DNA of 64,000 bases. Source: a virus. Both the position numbers and the translations under genes were made by a program. Location of the stretch: positions 1 through 64,000 of IMG/VR virus record IMGVR_UViG_3300032157_000005; one strand, written 5' to 3'. Shown here in pieces: positions 1-8,200 of this stretch; the first letter of the stretch is position 1, and each line of letters opens with the position of its first letter. The notes beneath the pieces are model-generated. The model was not told where the DNA came from, ran no database searches, and saw only the letters and a program-made list of their open reading frames with translations.

Positions 1-2
1 TC

Positions 3-719
3 GTGCACGGGAAGGCCGGCGGCGCGGTGGTGCTGCTGGCCGGGCCACCAGGAACCGGGAAAACCCTGACAGCTGAAGTCTACGCGGAAGCCGAAGGCCG
101 GGCCCTGTATTCGATCCAGTGCAGCCAGCTGGGCACCGACCCGGACGAACTGGAAGACGAACTGCTGAAGGTCTTCGCCAGGTCGAAGCGATGGAACGCG
201 GTGATGCTGCTGGACGAAGCCGACGTGTATGTCCACGAACGTGGGAACGACCTGCAGCAGAATGCCATCGTGGGGGTCTTCCTGCGGGTCCTGGAATACC
301 AGGACAGCGTGCTGTTCCTGACGACGAACCGGCCCGACGACGTGGACGATGCCATCGCCAGCCGGTGCATCGCCCGGCTGACCTACGCGATCCCGACGGG
401 CCCCGAGCAGAAGCGGATCTGGGAAGTCCTGGCGGACGCCAGCGGCCTGCCGGACGGGCAGCTGGACGTGGCCGGCATCGTGGCGGCCCACCCGACCCTG
501 AGCGGCCGGGACGTGAAGAACCTGCTGAAGCTGGCCCGGCTGATCAACCCCGAGCGGATCGACGCGGAAACGATCCGGTTCGTGCAGCAGTTCAAGCCGA
601 CGAAGGGCCAGGCGGCCACCGTGGTGGCGATGCCTGGCGGGATCGGCCGGTGCCCGAAGTGCGGGGTGCTGATCGGCAAAAAGGGCCACGTGTGCCCGAA
701 GGGGGCGGGATGGCAATGA
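3..719 (+). CDS. AAA+ ATPase, 5'-partial (ORF open to the window edge), with a C-terminal zinc-ribbon-like tail
   Basis: Walker A GPPGTGKT, Walker B MLLDEAD and second region TTNRPDDVDDAIASR. C-terminal CPKCG..HVCP motif. Confidence 0.85.
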   Translation: MHGKAGGAVVLLAGPPGTGKTLTAEVYAEAEGRALYSIQCSQLGTDPDELEDELLKVFARSKRWNAVMLLDEADVYVHERGNDLQQNAIVGVFLRVLEYQDSVLFLTTNRPDDVDDAIASRCIARLTYAIPTGPEQKRIWEVLADASGLPDGQLDVAGIVAAHPTLSGRDVKNLLKLARLINPERIDAETIRFVQQFKPTKGQAATVVAMPGGIGRCPKCGVLIGKKGHVCPKGAGWQ

Positions 720-964
720 ATGCGAAGGACTGGGTGCGGATGCTGGACCAGGACCTGGCGGACGCGGTGAAAGCCTACCACGTGGCCGAACGGCTGCTGC
801 AGCGGTCACGGCTGCGGATGATCCACCTGATGGGTGCGATCCGGCGGCATCCGGCGGCGCGGGTGCAGCTGTCGAATACGACCTGCCGAAACCTGGAACA
901 GGCCCTGGTCAGCAGTCTGCGGTCTGGGCACCAGCTGCCACGGAAGCGGAAACGGGGGAAGTGA
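710..964 (+). CDS. Hypothetical small protein
   Basis: ATG at 710 or 716; the 716 start forms an ATGA overlap with the upstream stop at 717-719. AAGGGGG Shine-Dalgarno-like sequence upstream. Preferred-codon frame, no recognisable domain. Confidence 0.6.
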   Translation: MAMNAKDWVRMLDQDLADAVKAYHVAERLLQRSRLRMIHLMGAIRRHPAARVQLSNTTCRNLEQALVSSLRSGHQLPRKRKRGK

Positions 965-1491
965 TGGCCGGCCGAATGACGATGGAACGGGCGAAGCTGA
1001 TCCTGGACTTCGTGGTGCAGTGGCACGGCCTGAACGATCCGAGCCGGGCCCGGTCCGACATCTACGACTGGGTGGCCCTGAAGCTGTCCTGCCACCGGTC
1101 GGCGGCGGCCGACCAGATCGACAAGGCCCAGCGGATGGTCGGCCTGGACCCGTGGAATAGCGCGGTGGCAGCGGCGCGGCAGCCGGCGACGAAGCAGCCG
1201 ACGACGGCCGACCCGGTGCGGCCCCAGCCCCCGGTGACCCCGTTGATCGACCGGCTGAAGCTGATCGAACGGGAGAACCGGGAACTGGTGGACTTCGTGG
1301 CCTGGCTGGCCGGCACGGGCCGGCTGGTGAACCCAGGCGGCTGGTCCCACGAAGAAATCGTGGCCGGCTACCGGGGCATCGACCTGGCGGCCGTGGCCCT
1401 GGAACGGAAGGCGGTGCTGCAGTATGCGGCCGACATGCAGGAATACTGGCGGCTGAAGGACCTGGCGGACGCGGCGCGGGGGCAGCGGTGA
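961..1491 (+). CDS. Hypothetical protein
   Basis: GTG start in a GTGA overlap. 176 aa with preferred codons throughout and a central Pro/Ala-rich linker. Confidence 0.65.
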   Translation: MMAGRMTMERAKLILDFVVQWHGLNDPSRARSDIYDWVALKLSCHRSAAADQIDKAQRMVGLDPWNSAVAAARQPATKQPTTADPVRPQPPVTPLIDRLKLIERENRELVDFVAWLAGTGRLVNPGGWSHEEIVAGYRGIDLAAVALERKAVLQYAADMQEYWRLKDLADAARGQR

Positions 1492-1745
1492 AGCGGCGAC
1501 CGAAGCCCGAAGACGTGGCCGAACGCGAAGTCCGGAGCACCCTGGAAATGCTGCAGCGACGGCACCAGCGGCTGGCGGAACTGTGCCAGCCAGGCCGGCG
1601 GGCCGGCGGTAACGCCAGGGCCGGCCGGGAATCGGCGGCGATTGTCAGGCTGACCAGCAGCCTGCTGCAGCACCTGGACGCGGAAGTGAAGCAGGCCAGG
1701 ACGGACGCGGCGATCCTGGCGGAAGGGAACCCGGCGATCCCATGA
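1488..1745 (+). CDS. Hypothetical small protein
   Basis: GTGA overlap with the upstream stop. 85 aa, helical and basic. Confidence 0.55.
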   Translation: MKRRPKPEDVAEREVRSTLEMLQRRHQRLAELCQPGRRAGGNARAGRESAAIVRLTSSLLQHLDAEVKQARTDAAILAEGNPAIP

Positions 1746-2038
1746 CGCTACGCCAAGCCCTGCCGGCGATCCGGACCCTGGCCAGGGAACTGTCCCTGGC
1801 CCCCCTGGCGACCATGTGCACGTGCGGACACGTCCACATAGCCCACGGGGTGCTGTGCGGCGGGCCCTGCAGCGGGCGGACGGCCCGGCGGGCCTGCCGG
1901 TGCCAGAAGTTCGTGGGCTGGTATCCCCACCGGGCGCGGGACTTCGAACGGTTCGGGAAGCTGCTGGTGAAACGGCTGCAAACCCAGGGCGGCCGTAGGG
2001 TTACCAGGAAAGTGAACAAAAGTAAAAAAAGGACTTGA
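1742..2038 (+). CDS. Cys/His-rich small protein
   Basis: ATGA overlap. Motifs CTCGHVH..CGGPC..CRC. The lysine-rich C-terminus is encoded by the A-tract of the downstream promoter. Confidence 0.6.
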   Translation: MTLRQALPAIRTLARELSLAPLATMCTCGHVHIAHGVLCGGPCSGRTARRACRCQKFVGWYPHRARDFERFGKLLVKRLQTQGGRRVTRKVNKSKKRT

Positions 2039-2063
2039 CGCGGGATAGGTTCAGGCTTATCTT
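2015..2063 (+). promoter_or_regulatory. Candidate sigma70-type promoter P1 with an A-rich UP-like tract
   Basis: AAAAGTAAAAAAAGGAC, then TTGACG (2035-2040), a 17-nt spacer, TATCTT (2058-2063), then AGGAACAT. Near-identical architecture to P2 at 4822-4867. Confidence 0.5.
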
Positions 2064-2169
2064 AGGAACATCCACGGCGCGGCGGGCGACAATCCGAAGC
2101 GGCCGGTGGGAAGGTGGCGATGGGCCGGCAATACAGCCGGACGCGACTACCGGAAACCAGGACAAGACG

Positions 2170-3312
2170 ATGAACACCGGACGAACCCTGCAGCAGCTGG
2201 CGGCCGAACTGGAACGCCAGACCACCACGAAGCGCGATTACCTGGCCAGCCAGGGGGCCATCGAAGCGAAGGTGATCGACATCCCGGCGGCCACCGACGG
2301 CGCGGCCGTTCGCCAGGAACTGGTCCTGGACGGGTTCAACGGGGACGCCCTGAACATCACCCCCTACGCCCACGGCCAGATCGCGGACCACCTGGGCATC
2401 CCGAAGAAATACTACGACCGGATGAAGGCCGAGCAGCCCCAGCTGCTGGCGAAGAACGTGAACACCTGGCTGCACGAAGCCCCGAAGGACCAGCGGATGG
2501 TCCGGACCTTGGACGGCGCGGTGCGCGGGTTCCTGTCCCCCCGGTATCGTCCCCTGGACAACTTCGACCTGGCCCAGGCGGTCCTGCCGAAGCTGATCGA
2601 CCTGAAGGCCCAGATCGTCAGCAGCGAACTGACCGAAACCCGGATGTATGTGAAGGCCATCCTGCCGACCCTCAGCAGCGAACTGCCGGAAGGGCTGAAG
2701 TGGGGCCAGGGCCACAACCTGGTCGGCGCGAACCACCAGGACGGCCGGATCGTGGCGGCCATCGTGGTCAGCAATTCGGAAATCGGGAACGGCACCCTGC
2801 GGGTCGAACCGTCGGTCTTCACCACCTGGTGCACGAACCTGGCCGTGATGGCCCAGGCGGCCATGAAGAAATACCACGTCGGCCGGGCCTTCGAAGCGGA
2901 CGCGAACATGGAAGTGTTCCGGGACGAAACCAGGAAGCAGGACGACATCGCGTTCTGGATGAAGGTGGCGGACGTGACGGCGGCGGCCTTCGACCCAAAA
3001 ATCTGGGAAGCGGCCGTGGCGGCGATGCGGGCGGCCGGCAACGTGCAGATCGTCAGCACCGACATCCCGAAGGTGGCGGAAGTCGCGGTGAAGCAGCTGG
3101 CCCTGCCCGAGCGGACGACCACCGGGCTGCTGACCAGCCTGGCCCGTGGCGGCGACCTGACGAAGCTGGGCCTGTCCCAGTCCCTGACCTGGCTGGCGAA
3201 CACGGAAAAGGACTACGAAACGGCGACCCTGCTGGAACGGGCCGGCGGCGAAGTCCTGGCCCTGGAAGGCCGGAACTGGGACCTGATCAGCCGTGCGGGG
3301 GCGGCAGCGTAG
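2170..3312 (+). CDS. DUF932-family (phage/plasmid-like) protein
   Basis: Start at Met46 of ORF 2035..3312. Segments such as ITPYAHGQIADHLGIPKKYYDRM, RMVRTLDG.VRGFLSPRYRPLDN and TRMYVKAILP match my recollection of DUF932/DUF945 proteins. Confidence 0.75.
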   Translation: MNTGRTLQQLAAELERQTTTKRDYLASQGAIEAKVIDIPAATDGAAVRQELVLDGFNGDALNITPYAHGQIADHLGIPKKYYDRMKAEQPQLLAKNVNTWLHEAPKDQRMVRTLDGAVRGFLSPRYRPLDNFDLAQAVLPKLIDLKAQIVSSELTETRMYVKAILPTLSSELPEGLKWGQGHNLVGANHQDGRIVAAIVVSNSEIGNGTLRVEPSVFTTWCTNLAVMAQAAMKKYHVGRAFEADANMEVFRDETRKQDDIAFWMKVADVTAAAFDPKIWEAAVAAMRAAGNVQIVSTDIPKVAEVAVKQLALPERTTTGLLTSLARGGDLTKLGLSQSLTWLANTEKDYETATLLERAGGEVLALEGRNWDLISRAGAAA

Positions 3313-3320
3313 TCGGACCT

Positions 3321-3346
3321 GGGGGGCCTTCGGGCCCCCGTCTTTT
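3321..3346 (+). terminator. Rho-independent terminator
   Basis: GGGGGGCC-TTCG-GGCCCCC stem with a UUCG-type loop, followed by GTCTTTT, immediately after the DUF932 stop. Confidence 0.8.
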
Positions 3347-3361
3347 AGAGGCAGGTGCACG

Positions 3362-3655
3362 ATGGAACCGATCTTCGAATACCGGAAGCGGCCCCTGGTG
3401 AAGACCGGGGAAAAGTCCATGCAGTCCCGGAAGCACGGGGCGTTCGTCATGGTCTACCTGCGGTTCATCGACGGCTACCAGCCGAGCACCGGCAAAATGA
3501 CCAGGGGCGACTTCGGCCGGCTGCGGCAGATCCGTGGTGGCCAGGCCCTGGTGTGGCATCGGGTGGACCACCTGACCAGGGACGAACGGATGGAACCGAA
3601 GCGGGCCCTGGCCCAGGCGACGGCGGAATATTCGAAGGGGGTGCTGACGTGCTGA
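3362..3655 (+). CDS. Hypothetical protein
   Basis: Start at Met24 of ORF 3293..3655, downstream of the terminator. Preferred codons. Confidence 0.6.
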   Translation: MEPIFEYRKRPLVKTGEKSMQSRKHGAFVMVYLRFIDGYQPSTGKMTRGDFGRLRQIRGGQALVWHRVDHLTRDERMEPKRALAQATAEYSKGVLTC

Positions 3656-3666
3656 GGAATCGACGG

Positions 3667-3921
3667 ATGGCGGAAAAGCTGGCGGCGGCCGAGTGCATCG
3701 CAGTGGAATCGATCCTGGCCCCGAACCAGAACGACCCGGACCCGATCACGGACGGGACCTACCGGCTGCGGTCGTTCACCGAAGACGTGGACTACTGTGT
3801 CCGGGCCACCGAAGCCTGGATCTGGTCCATCGGCAAGCGGCTGTCCGACGGCGCGATTTTCGCGGCGACCGACGGCCGGTTCTATCAGCTGCCCGGCTGG
3901 GATTGTCTCTGGCTGCGGTAG
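3667..3921 (+). CDS. Hypothetical protein
   Basis: ATG 3667 (alternative GTG 3649) in ORF 3355..3921. The coding-like part begins at MAEKLAAAECIAVE. Confidence 0.6.
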   Translation: MAEKLAAAECIAVESILAPNQNDPDPITDGTYRLRSFTEDVDYCVRATEAWIWSIGKRLSDGAIFAATDGRFYQLPGWDCLWLR

Positions 3922-3930
3922 GGGACGGGC

Positions 3931-3989
3931 GGCCGGGCCACCGTGCGGGGTGACCCGGCCTGATGCGAAGCGACGAATGAGGCATCAGG
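3931..3989 (+). other. Two adjacent stem-loops in a 105-nt intergenic gap
   Basis: First stem-loop at 3931-3960: GGCCGGG(C)CACC ... GGTG(A)CCCGGCC. Second at 3959-3989: CCTGATGC, 15-nt loop, GCATCAGG. No T-tract follows either. Confidence 0.45.
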
Positions 3990-4026
3990 ATGCCATGCCG
4001 GCGACCTGGATGCAAGGGGGAATCTG

Positions 4027-4182
4027 ATGCGGACGTGGCGATGGACCCACGTGGCGGTCCTGGTAGTCGGCGGCCTGGCCCTGGGGATGGCGATCACGGT
4101 GGACGATGCGGTCCGTAGCCTGCTGATCGTGCTGGCCCTGGTGGCGTTCCTGGCCATGACGAACGAACGGCGGTTCCGATGA
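4027..4182 (+). CDS. Small membrane protein (51 aa, two hydrophobic segments)
   Basis: ATG 4027 preceded by AAGGGGGAATC. Its stop overlaps the next ATG (ATGA at 4179). Sequence MRTWRWTHVAVLVVGGLALGMAI..LLIVLALVAFLAM. Below the ORF-track size cutoff. Confidence 0.5.
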   Translation: MRTWRWTHVAVLVVGGLALGMAITVDDAVRSLLIVLALVAFLAMTNERRFR

Positions 4183-4478
4183 AGCTGCCACCCATGTGTC
4201 GGGGCTGCGGCTGCCGGGTCGGGCCGTTCGTGGTCGGCAAGGTGGTGAAGGTGATCCGGGTGGCCGGCGGTCTGCGGCCGGTGGCCTGGGTGCGGTGCCG
4301 GCGGAAGATCATGCCGGCGACGGGCGGCGGCTGGATCTGCGGCTGGTCCTGGTGGTCCCTGCACCCTGACATGGTGGCCCGAGCGAAGCAGCAGAAGGGG
4401 TTCAGGCTGGTCCGTGCCAGGAAGGCCAGGGCGGTGGCCAGGCAGGACCGGAAGGGGAAGCGGCCTTATGTCCGGTGA
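4179..4478 (+). CDS. Basic small protein with an N-terminal CxxCxC motif
   Basis: ATGA coupling. Preferred codons throughout, Arg/Lys-rich C-terminus. Confidence 0.55.
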   Translation: MKLPPMCRGCGCRVGPFVVGKVVKVIRVAGGLRPVAWVRCRRKIMPATGGGWICGWSWWSLHPDMVARAKQQKGFRLVRARKARAVARQDRKGKRPYVR

Positions 4479-4830
4479 GCAGCAGCCAGCAGCCGTATCT
4501 ACGGCCAGCGACGGGCAGCCTGACGACGTGTTCAGGAACTGCCGGCACTGCGGGGTCCCGGTCCTGCAGCCGAAGCGGCGGGGCCAGGTGAAGGACTTCT
4601 GCAGCGACCGGCACCGGGCGGCCTTCCGGGACGCCCAGGTCCAGGCCGGCATCCGGGAAGCCCAGGCGGCCATCCAGGAAACCCGTGACGAAATCGCGGC
4701 CACCAGGGACAACCTGGAACGGCTGGACGCCAGGATGCTGGCAGCCACCCAGCTGCTGGAACGTGGTCTGCGACACGGCACCCGTAAGCCGAAGGCCAGC
4801 CAACAGTTACCGGCCGACGAAAAAAAGTAA
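4468..4830 (+). CDS. Zinc-ribbon plus coiled-coil small protein
   Basis: Start at Met19 of ORF 4414..4830. Motif CRHCG..(15)..FCSDRH followed by a helical region. Confidence 0.6.
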   Translation: MSGEQQPAAVSTASDGQPDDVFRNCRHCGVPVLQPKRRGQVKDFCSDRHRAAFRDAQVQAGIREAQAAIQETRDEIAATRDNLERLDARMLAATQLLERGLRHGTRKPKASQQLPADEKK

Positions 4831-4867
4831 AAAAAGTCCTTGCGTTCGTCCGCCCAATACGTATACT
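4822..4867 (+). promoter_or_regulatory. Candidate sigma70-type promoter P2 with an UP-like A-tract; predicts a leaderless mRNA
   Basis: AAAAAGTAAAAAAAGTCC, then TTGCGT (4840-4845), a 16-nt spacer, TATACT (4862-4867), then AGGAAC, then ATG at 4874. The ATG lies 7 nt after the -10 element. Confidence 0.55.
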
Positions 4868-4873
4868 AGGAAC

Positions 4874-5101
4874 ATGACGAACGGGACGCGGGCGGCACGA
4901 ATCGAAGCGGCGGCGGACGACTGCCGGGACAATGCGGTGGCCACCGTGATCGAACGCATGGGCCAGGCGACGGTGCAGGCCCTGTCGTTCAACGACTACC
5001 TGGACGTGACGGATCGGGAAAAGCTGGCCCAGGCGGCCTACTTCGCGGACCAGCACCAGGTGACCACCCAGGAAGTCCTGGTGGCCCTGAACCTTCGGTA
5101 A
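4874..5101 (+). CDS. Hypothetical small protein, possibly translated from a leaderless transcript
   Basis: Start at Met64 of ORF 4685..5101. No Shine-Dalgarno sequence; the ATG sits at the predicted +1 of P2. Confidence 0.6.
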   Translation: MTNGTRAARIEAAADDCRDNAVATVIERMGQATVQALSFNDYLDVTDREKLAQAAYFADQHQVTTQEVLVALNLR

Positions 5102-5113
5102 CCTTCGGAAACC
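5090..5113 (+). repeat. Short tandem repeat AACCTTCGG(T)AACCTTCGG(A)AACC spanning a stop codon
   Basis: Read directly across the TAA at 5099-5101. Confidence 0.6.
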
Positions 5114-5146
5114 CCCGGCCACCGGCCGGCACGAAAGGCGGACGAC

Positions 5147-5593
5147 ATGAACGCGAACCAAGCAGCCAGGCAGCAGTCGGAAGCGGAACTGGGCATCGGG
5201 ATCCTGGTGCGGGCCCTGGACCCGAACCAGACCCCGAACGACCTGGTGGCCCGGATGGCCGACATGGCCGTGGTTCACCTGGTGGCGGCGGCGCGGATCG
5301 CGGCGGGGCACCAGTTGTGCCCCGGCTGCAGCGGCCTGGGGCTGCTGTCGGACGACCCCGACGTGCTGCGGTGCCAGGGCTGCGGCGGGGTCTACACCAC
5401 CGACCCGATCACCCCCGAGCAGGCGATCAAGTTCGTGGCGATCCACCTGCCGATGGTCAGCGGCGCGGAACCCAGGTTCGGCGTGATCGAAACCTTCTAC
5501 TTCGATCTGGAACTGAGCGATGGCCGGCTGGCCGGTCGGCGGATCCACGGCTGGGCGGACAAGCGTTCGAAGCGGGTGACCCAATGGGGATAG
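5147..5593 (+). CDS. Hypothetical protein with a CPGC..CQGCGG zinc-ribbon motif
   Basis: 148 aa. ATG preceded by GAAAGGCGGACGAC. Preferred codons. Confidence 0.65.
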   Translation: MNANQAARQQSEAELGIGILVRALDPNQTPNDLVARMADMAVVHLVAAARIAAGHQLCPGCSGLGLLSDDPDVLRCQGCGGVYTTDPITPEQAIKFVAIHLPMVSGAEPRFGVIETFYFDLELSDGRLAGRRIHGWADKRSKRVTQWG

Positions 5594-6108
5594 CAGATCG
5601 GGACGCGGTGCCGGGCCTACTGGTCCGGCACCAGTCCGGCTGGACGGGCCGGCTGGAACGGCTGGGGATGCCAGGGATCGCGGAAGTGACCCCCGACGGT
5701 GGCAGCGGGCCCCGGTGGTTCCACCTGGCGGACTTCGAACCGGCGGACTGGGACGGCGGGCAGCTGCCGGTCCGGCTGCCGATGCCTTACGGGCTGGCAG
5801 CCATCGACCAGGCGGCCGGCTGGCAGGACGTGGCGGTGCCACGGGCGACGACCCTGGAACGGCGGTATTTGACCGACCCAGGGTTCCATGCCCTGGTCAC
5901 CTACCTGGGGCAGCTGCTGCAGGACGCCAGCTATGCGGACCTGCAGGACGCGGCGGTCCTTGCAATACGAATCGACGGCGACAGGAAGCGGGCAGCGGGC
6001 GACGACGTGCGGGAAAGGAAACAGACCGATGCCCAGGAAGGACGCGGGAACGACGGGCCAGCCGAGCAGGAACCCTGCCGGCCGGGGTCCGGGGCGGTAT
6101 CCCGGTAA
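5584..6108 (+). CDS. Hypothetical protein
   Basis: Start at Met90 of ORF 5317..6108, overlapping the upstream stop by 10 nt. Confidence 0.6.
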   Translation: MGIADRDAVPGLLVRHQSGWTGRLERLGMPGIAEVTPDGGSGPRWFHLADFEPADWDGGQLPVRLPMPYGLAAIDQAAGWQDVAVPRATTLERRYLTDPGFHALVTYLGQLLQDASYADLQDAAVLAIRIDGDRKRAAGDDVRERKQTDAQEGRGNDGPAEQEPCRPGSGAVSR

Positions 6109-6325
6109 CAAGGCCCAGACGGCCTACTACATGACCACGGACGCCAGGGACACGGCGAAGACCCTGGCAGCCTTCGCGGGGGTGCCACTGGGGGAATTCG
6201 TGGAAACCTTGATCCGACGGTTCGGGCCGACGTGCGCGGCCGACCTGAAGGGGGAACAGGATGCTACGGGCGGCGATGCGGTGGCTGATCGAACTGTGGA
6301 TCCAGAAGCTGTGCCTGCTGACTGA
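6029..6325 (+). CDS. Small protein, possibly ribbon-helix-helix-like
   Basis: ATG 6029 with AAAGGAAA upstream (alternative ATG 6131). TAYYMTTDARDTAKTLAAFAGVPLGEFVETLI resembles a strand-helix-helix pattern. The 3' tail past 6261 uses poor codons. Confidence 0.45.
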   Translation: MPRKDAGTTGQPSRNPAGRGPGRYPGNKAQTAYYMTTDARDTAKTLAAFAGVPLGEFVETLIRRFGPTCAADLKGEQDATGGDAVADRTVDPEAVPAD

Positions 6326-6659
6326 CCACCAGGGGGTCCGGGAACGCGGGGATGGGGAAGTCTTCGAACGGTGCACCCGATGCCGGCGGCGGTCCCCTGG
6401 CTGGCAGGAACGGACCGACACCAGGCCGGTCCTGAAGTTCGAAGGCGACCCAGACCGGCATGTCCTGGACCCGAGCGTGGAAACCGTCTTCGGGATCCCG
6501 AGCGGTGACCCGTCCCCGTTCTTCGAAGATGCGGGGTTCGAACCGGTGCCGATGAACGGCCGGCGGCCGTTCCTGTTCGTGGCCAGGGAAACAGACTTCG
6601 GGACCACCCCTGATCAGACGGAACGGCTGCGGCTGATGCGGACGAAGGGCGTGCACTGA
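6261..6659 (+). CDS. Hypothetical protein (CTRC motif)
   Basis: 132 aa with preferred codons from 6261 onward. Overlaps the run-on tail of the previous ORF. Confidence 0.5.
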   Translation: MLRAAMRWLIELWIQKLCLLTDHQGVRERGDGEVFERCTRCRRRSPGWQERTDTRPVLKFEGDPDRHVLDPSVETVFGIPSGDPSPFFEDAGFEPVPMNGRRPFLFVARETDFGTTPDQTERLRLMRTKGVH

Positions 6660-6664
6660 CCCAC

Positions 6665-6693
6665 TTGCAAAGTAACACCATTTCTAGTAAAAC
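6665..6693 (+). promoter_or_regulatory. Candidate sigma70-type promoter P3
   Basis: TTGCAA (6665-6670), 17-nt spacer, TAAAAC (6688-6693) in an AT-rich patch upstream of the RecT-like gene. Confidence 0.45.
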
Positions 6694-6733
6694 GTCACAC
6701 TTCACGACGGCAGGACAGGAAGGGGAAAACCCG

Positions 6734-8200
6734 ATGGCGACGACGACCGAACAGCCGGCTGCTGCGGCAGCTACGACCGAACACGAACCCACCGACCAGG
6801 CCCTGGTGCCGGCGCGGCCCAGCCCGGCCGGCGCGAACCTGATGCAGCGGGCCGGCACGATGTCGATGGCCTTCGCGGGCCTGGTGCCCACCAGCATCGG
6901 GGAAGCCGTGATCCTGGCCCAACACCTGACGAAATCCACGGCGGTGCCGTCGTCCCTGCGGAACAATCCGGACACGATGCTGACCGTGATCCTGGCCGGG
7001 ATCGAACTGGGCCTGAGCCCGATCCGGGCGGTCCAGTCGATCACGAACATCAGCGGCACCCTGTGCATGAAGGCGGACCTGCAGCTGGCCCTGGTGAAGG
7101 GGCGGCCGGGGGTGCTGGCCTTCTACGATGAAGGGTTCGAACGCTACGAAAAGACGGACACGAACCTGGAACGGCGGATCGACCTGTCCCTGGGGAAGTT
7201 CCTACGGGCGAAGCTGTCCACCCTGGGCATGACCCAGGCGGCGGTGGCCGACAACGTGAAGGACGACGTGACCCTGGTGATCGAAAAGATCGCGGCGGCG
7301 ACGGCCGACGGAATGAAGGCCGGCGACCCTTACGGCTGGGCGGTCGGCATCCGGCAGGGGGATCCCGTGGTGCACGTGCGGACGTTCACCTATGCGGACG
7401 CGGTGAAAGCGATCATCTACGAAAAGGACGAAGCGAACCCAGGGGCCCCGAAGGAACGGAAGCCCCTGGCCGAGAAGTTCAATTACAAGTCGTTCCCTGG
7501 GGATATGTATCCGAAGCGGGCGCGGACCCGGCTGCTGCAGGTTCTGGCGTCCGACGTGACGAACGGGCTGCCGGCGGCGGAAGCCGTGGAAGGCGGCCAG
7601 GTGATCGATGCCGAATTCACGGTGGACGTGTCGGCCCCTGGCGACGACGTGGACACCCTGCTGGCGGCGATCCGGGATCAGGACAGCGACCTGGCGACGA
7701 CCGTGGAAAACGGGTTCAAGCAGCTGCAGCTGGGGAAGGCCGGCCAGCTGCAGAAGCTGACCCAGTTCAAGGGGAAGCCGAAGGACCTGGTGGACTGGCT
7801 GAAGACCGAATGGGCGAACCGGAAGGGGAAGGACCGGCAGCGGCCCGACGTGCTGGGCGACCAGCCGGGACCGAACGCGGCCGGCGGATCGGCCGGGGCC
7901 CAGCAGCCGGCGGCGAAGACCGACCCGGCGAAGCCGGCGGCCCCGTCCTTGTCGGACCTGGCGGCCCAGGCCCAGACGACCAGCCAGCCAGGTCCCCAGG
8001 TGGCCCAGCCTGGCGAAGTGATCGACGCGGAAATCACCGACGAAGAACTGGAAGCCAGCCCTGGCGTGCAGGCGGCCCTGGCCGACATCGAACGGGCGGC
8101 GGCCGAGCGGCGGGCGGCGGACGCGGCGGCGGCCAAACCCATGACCCCGGCGAAGGACCTGGCGGCCAGGTTCCGGGCGGGGAAGCTGAAGACGTTCTGA
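6734..8200 (+). CDS. recT: RecT/Red-beta-superfamily single-strand annealing protein with a long low-complexity C-terminal tail
   Basis: Start at Met24 of ORF 6665..8200 with GGAAGGGGAAAACCCG upstream. Core VILAGIELGLSPIRAVQSITNISGTLCMKADLQLALV resembles the RecT-family conserved block. A nuclease gene lies downstream. Confidence 0.7.
   Translation: MATTTEQPAAAAATTEHEPTDQALVPARPSPAGANLMQRAGTMSMAFAGLVPTSIGEAVILAQHLTKSTAVPSSLRNNPDTMLTVILAGIELGLSPIRAVQSITNISGTLCMKADLQLALVKGRPGVLAFYDEGFERYEKTDTNLERRIDLSLGKFLRAKLSTLGMTQAAVADNVKDDVTLVIEKIAAATADGMKAGDPYGWAVGIRQGDPVVHVRTFTYADAVKAIIYEKDEANPGAPKERKPLAEKFNYKSFPGDMYPKRARTRLLQVLASDVTNGLPAAEAVEGGQVIDAEFTVDVSAPGDDVDTLLAAIRDQDSDLATTVENGFKQLQLGKAGQLQKLTQFKGKPKDLVDWLKTEWANRKGKDRQRPDVLGDQPGPNAAGGSAGAQQPAAKTDPAKPAAPSLSDLAAQAQTTSQPGPQVAQPGEVIDAEITDEELEASPGVQAALADIERAAAERRAADAAAAKPMTPAKDLAARFRAGKLKTF

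Noticed and set aside
4492-4508. A possible fourth, degenerate copy of the 16-nt element (GCCGTATCTACGGCCAG, 12 of 16 matches), 25 nt after ATG 4468.
   Set aside because: It has four mismatches, is read in a different frame, and has no CGGCGCGGCAG partner. It is compatible with chance. A CGGCGCGGGCAG variant at about 56610 also lacks the 16-mer.
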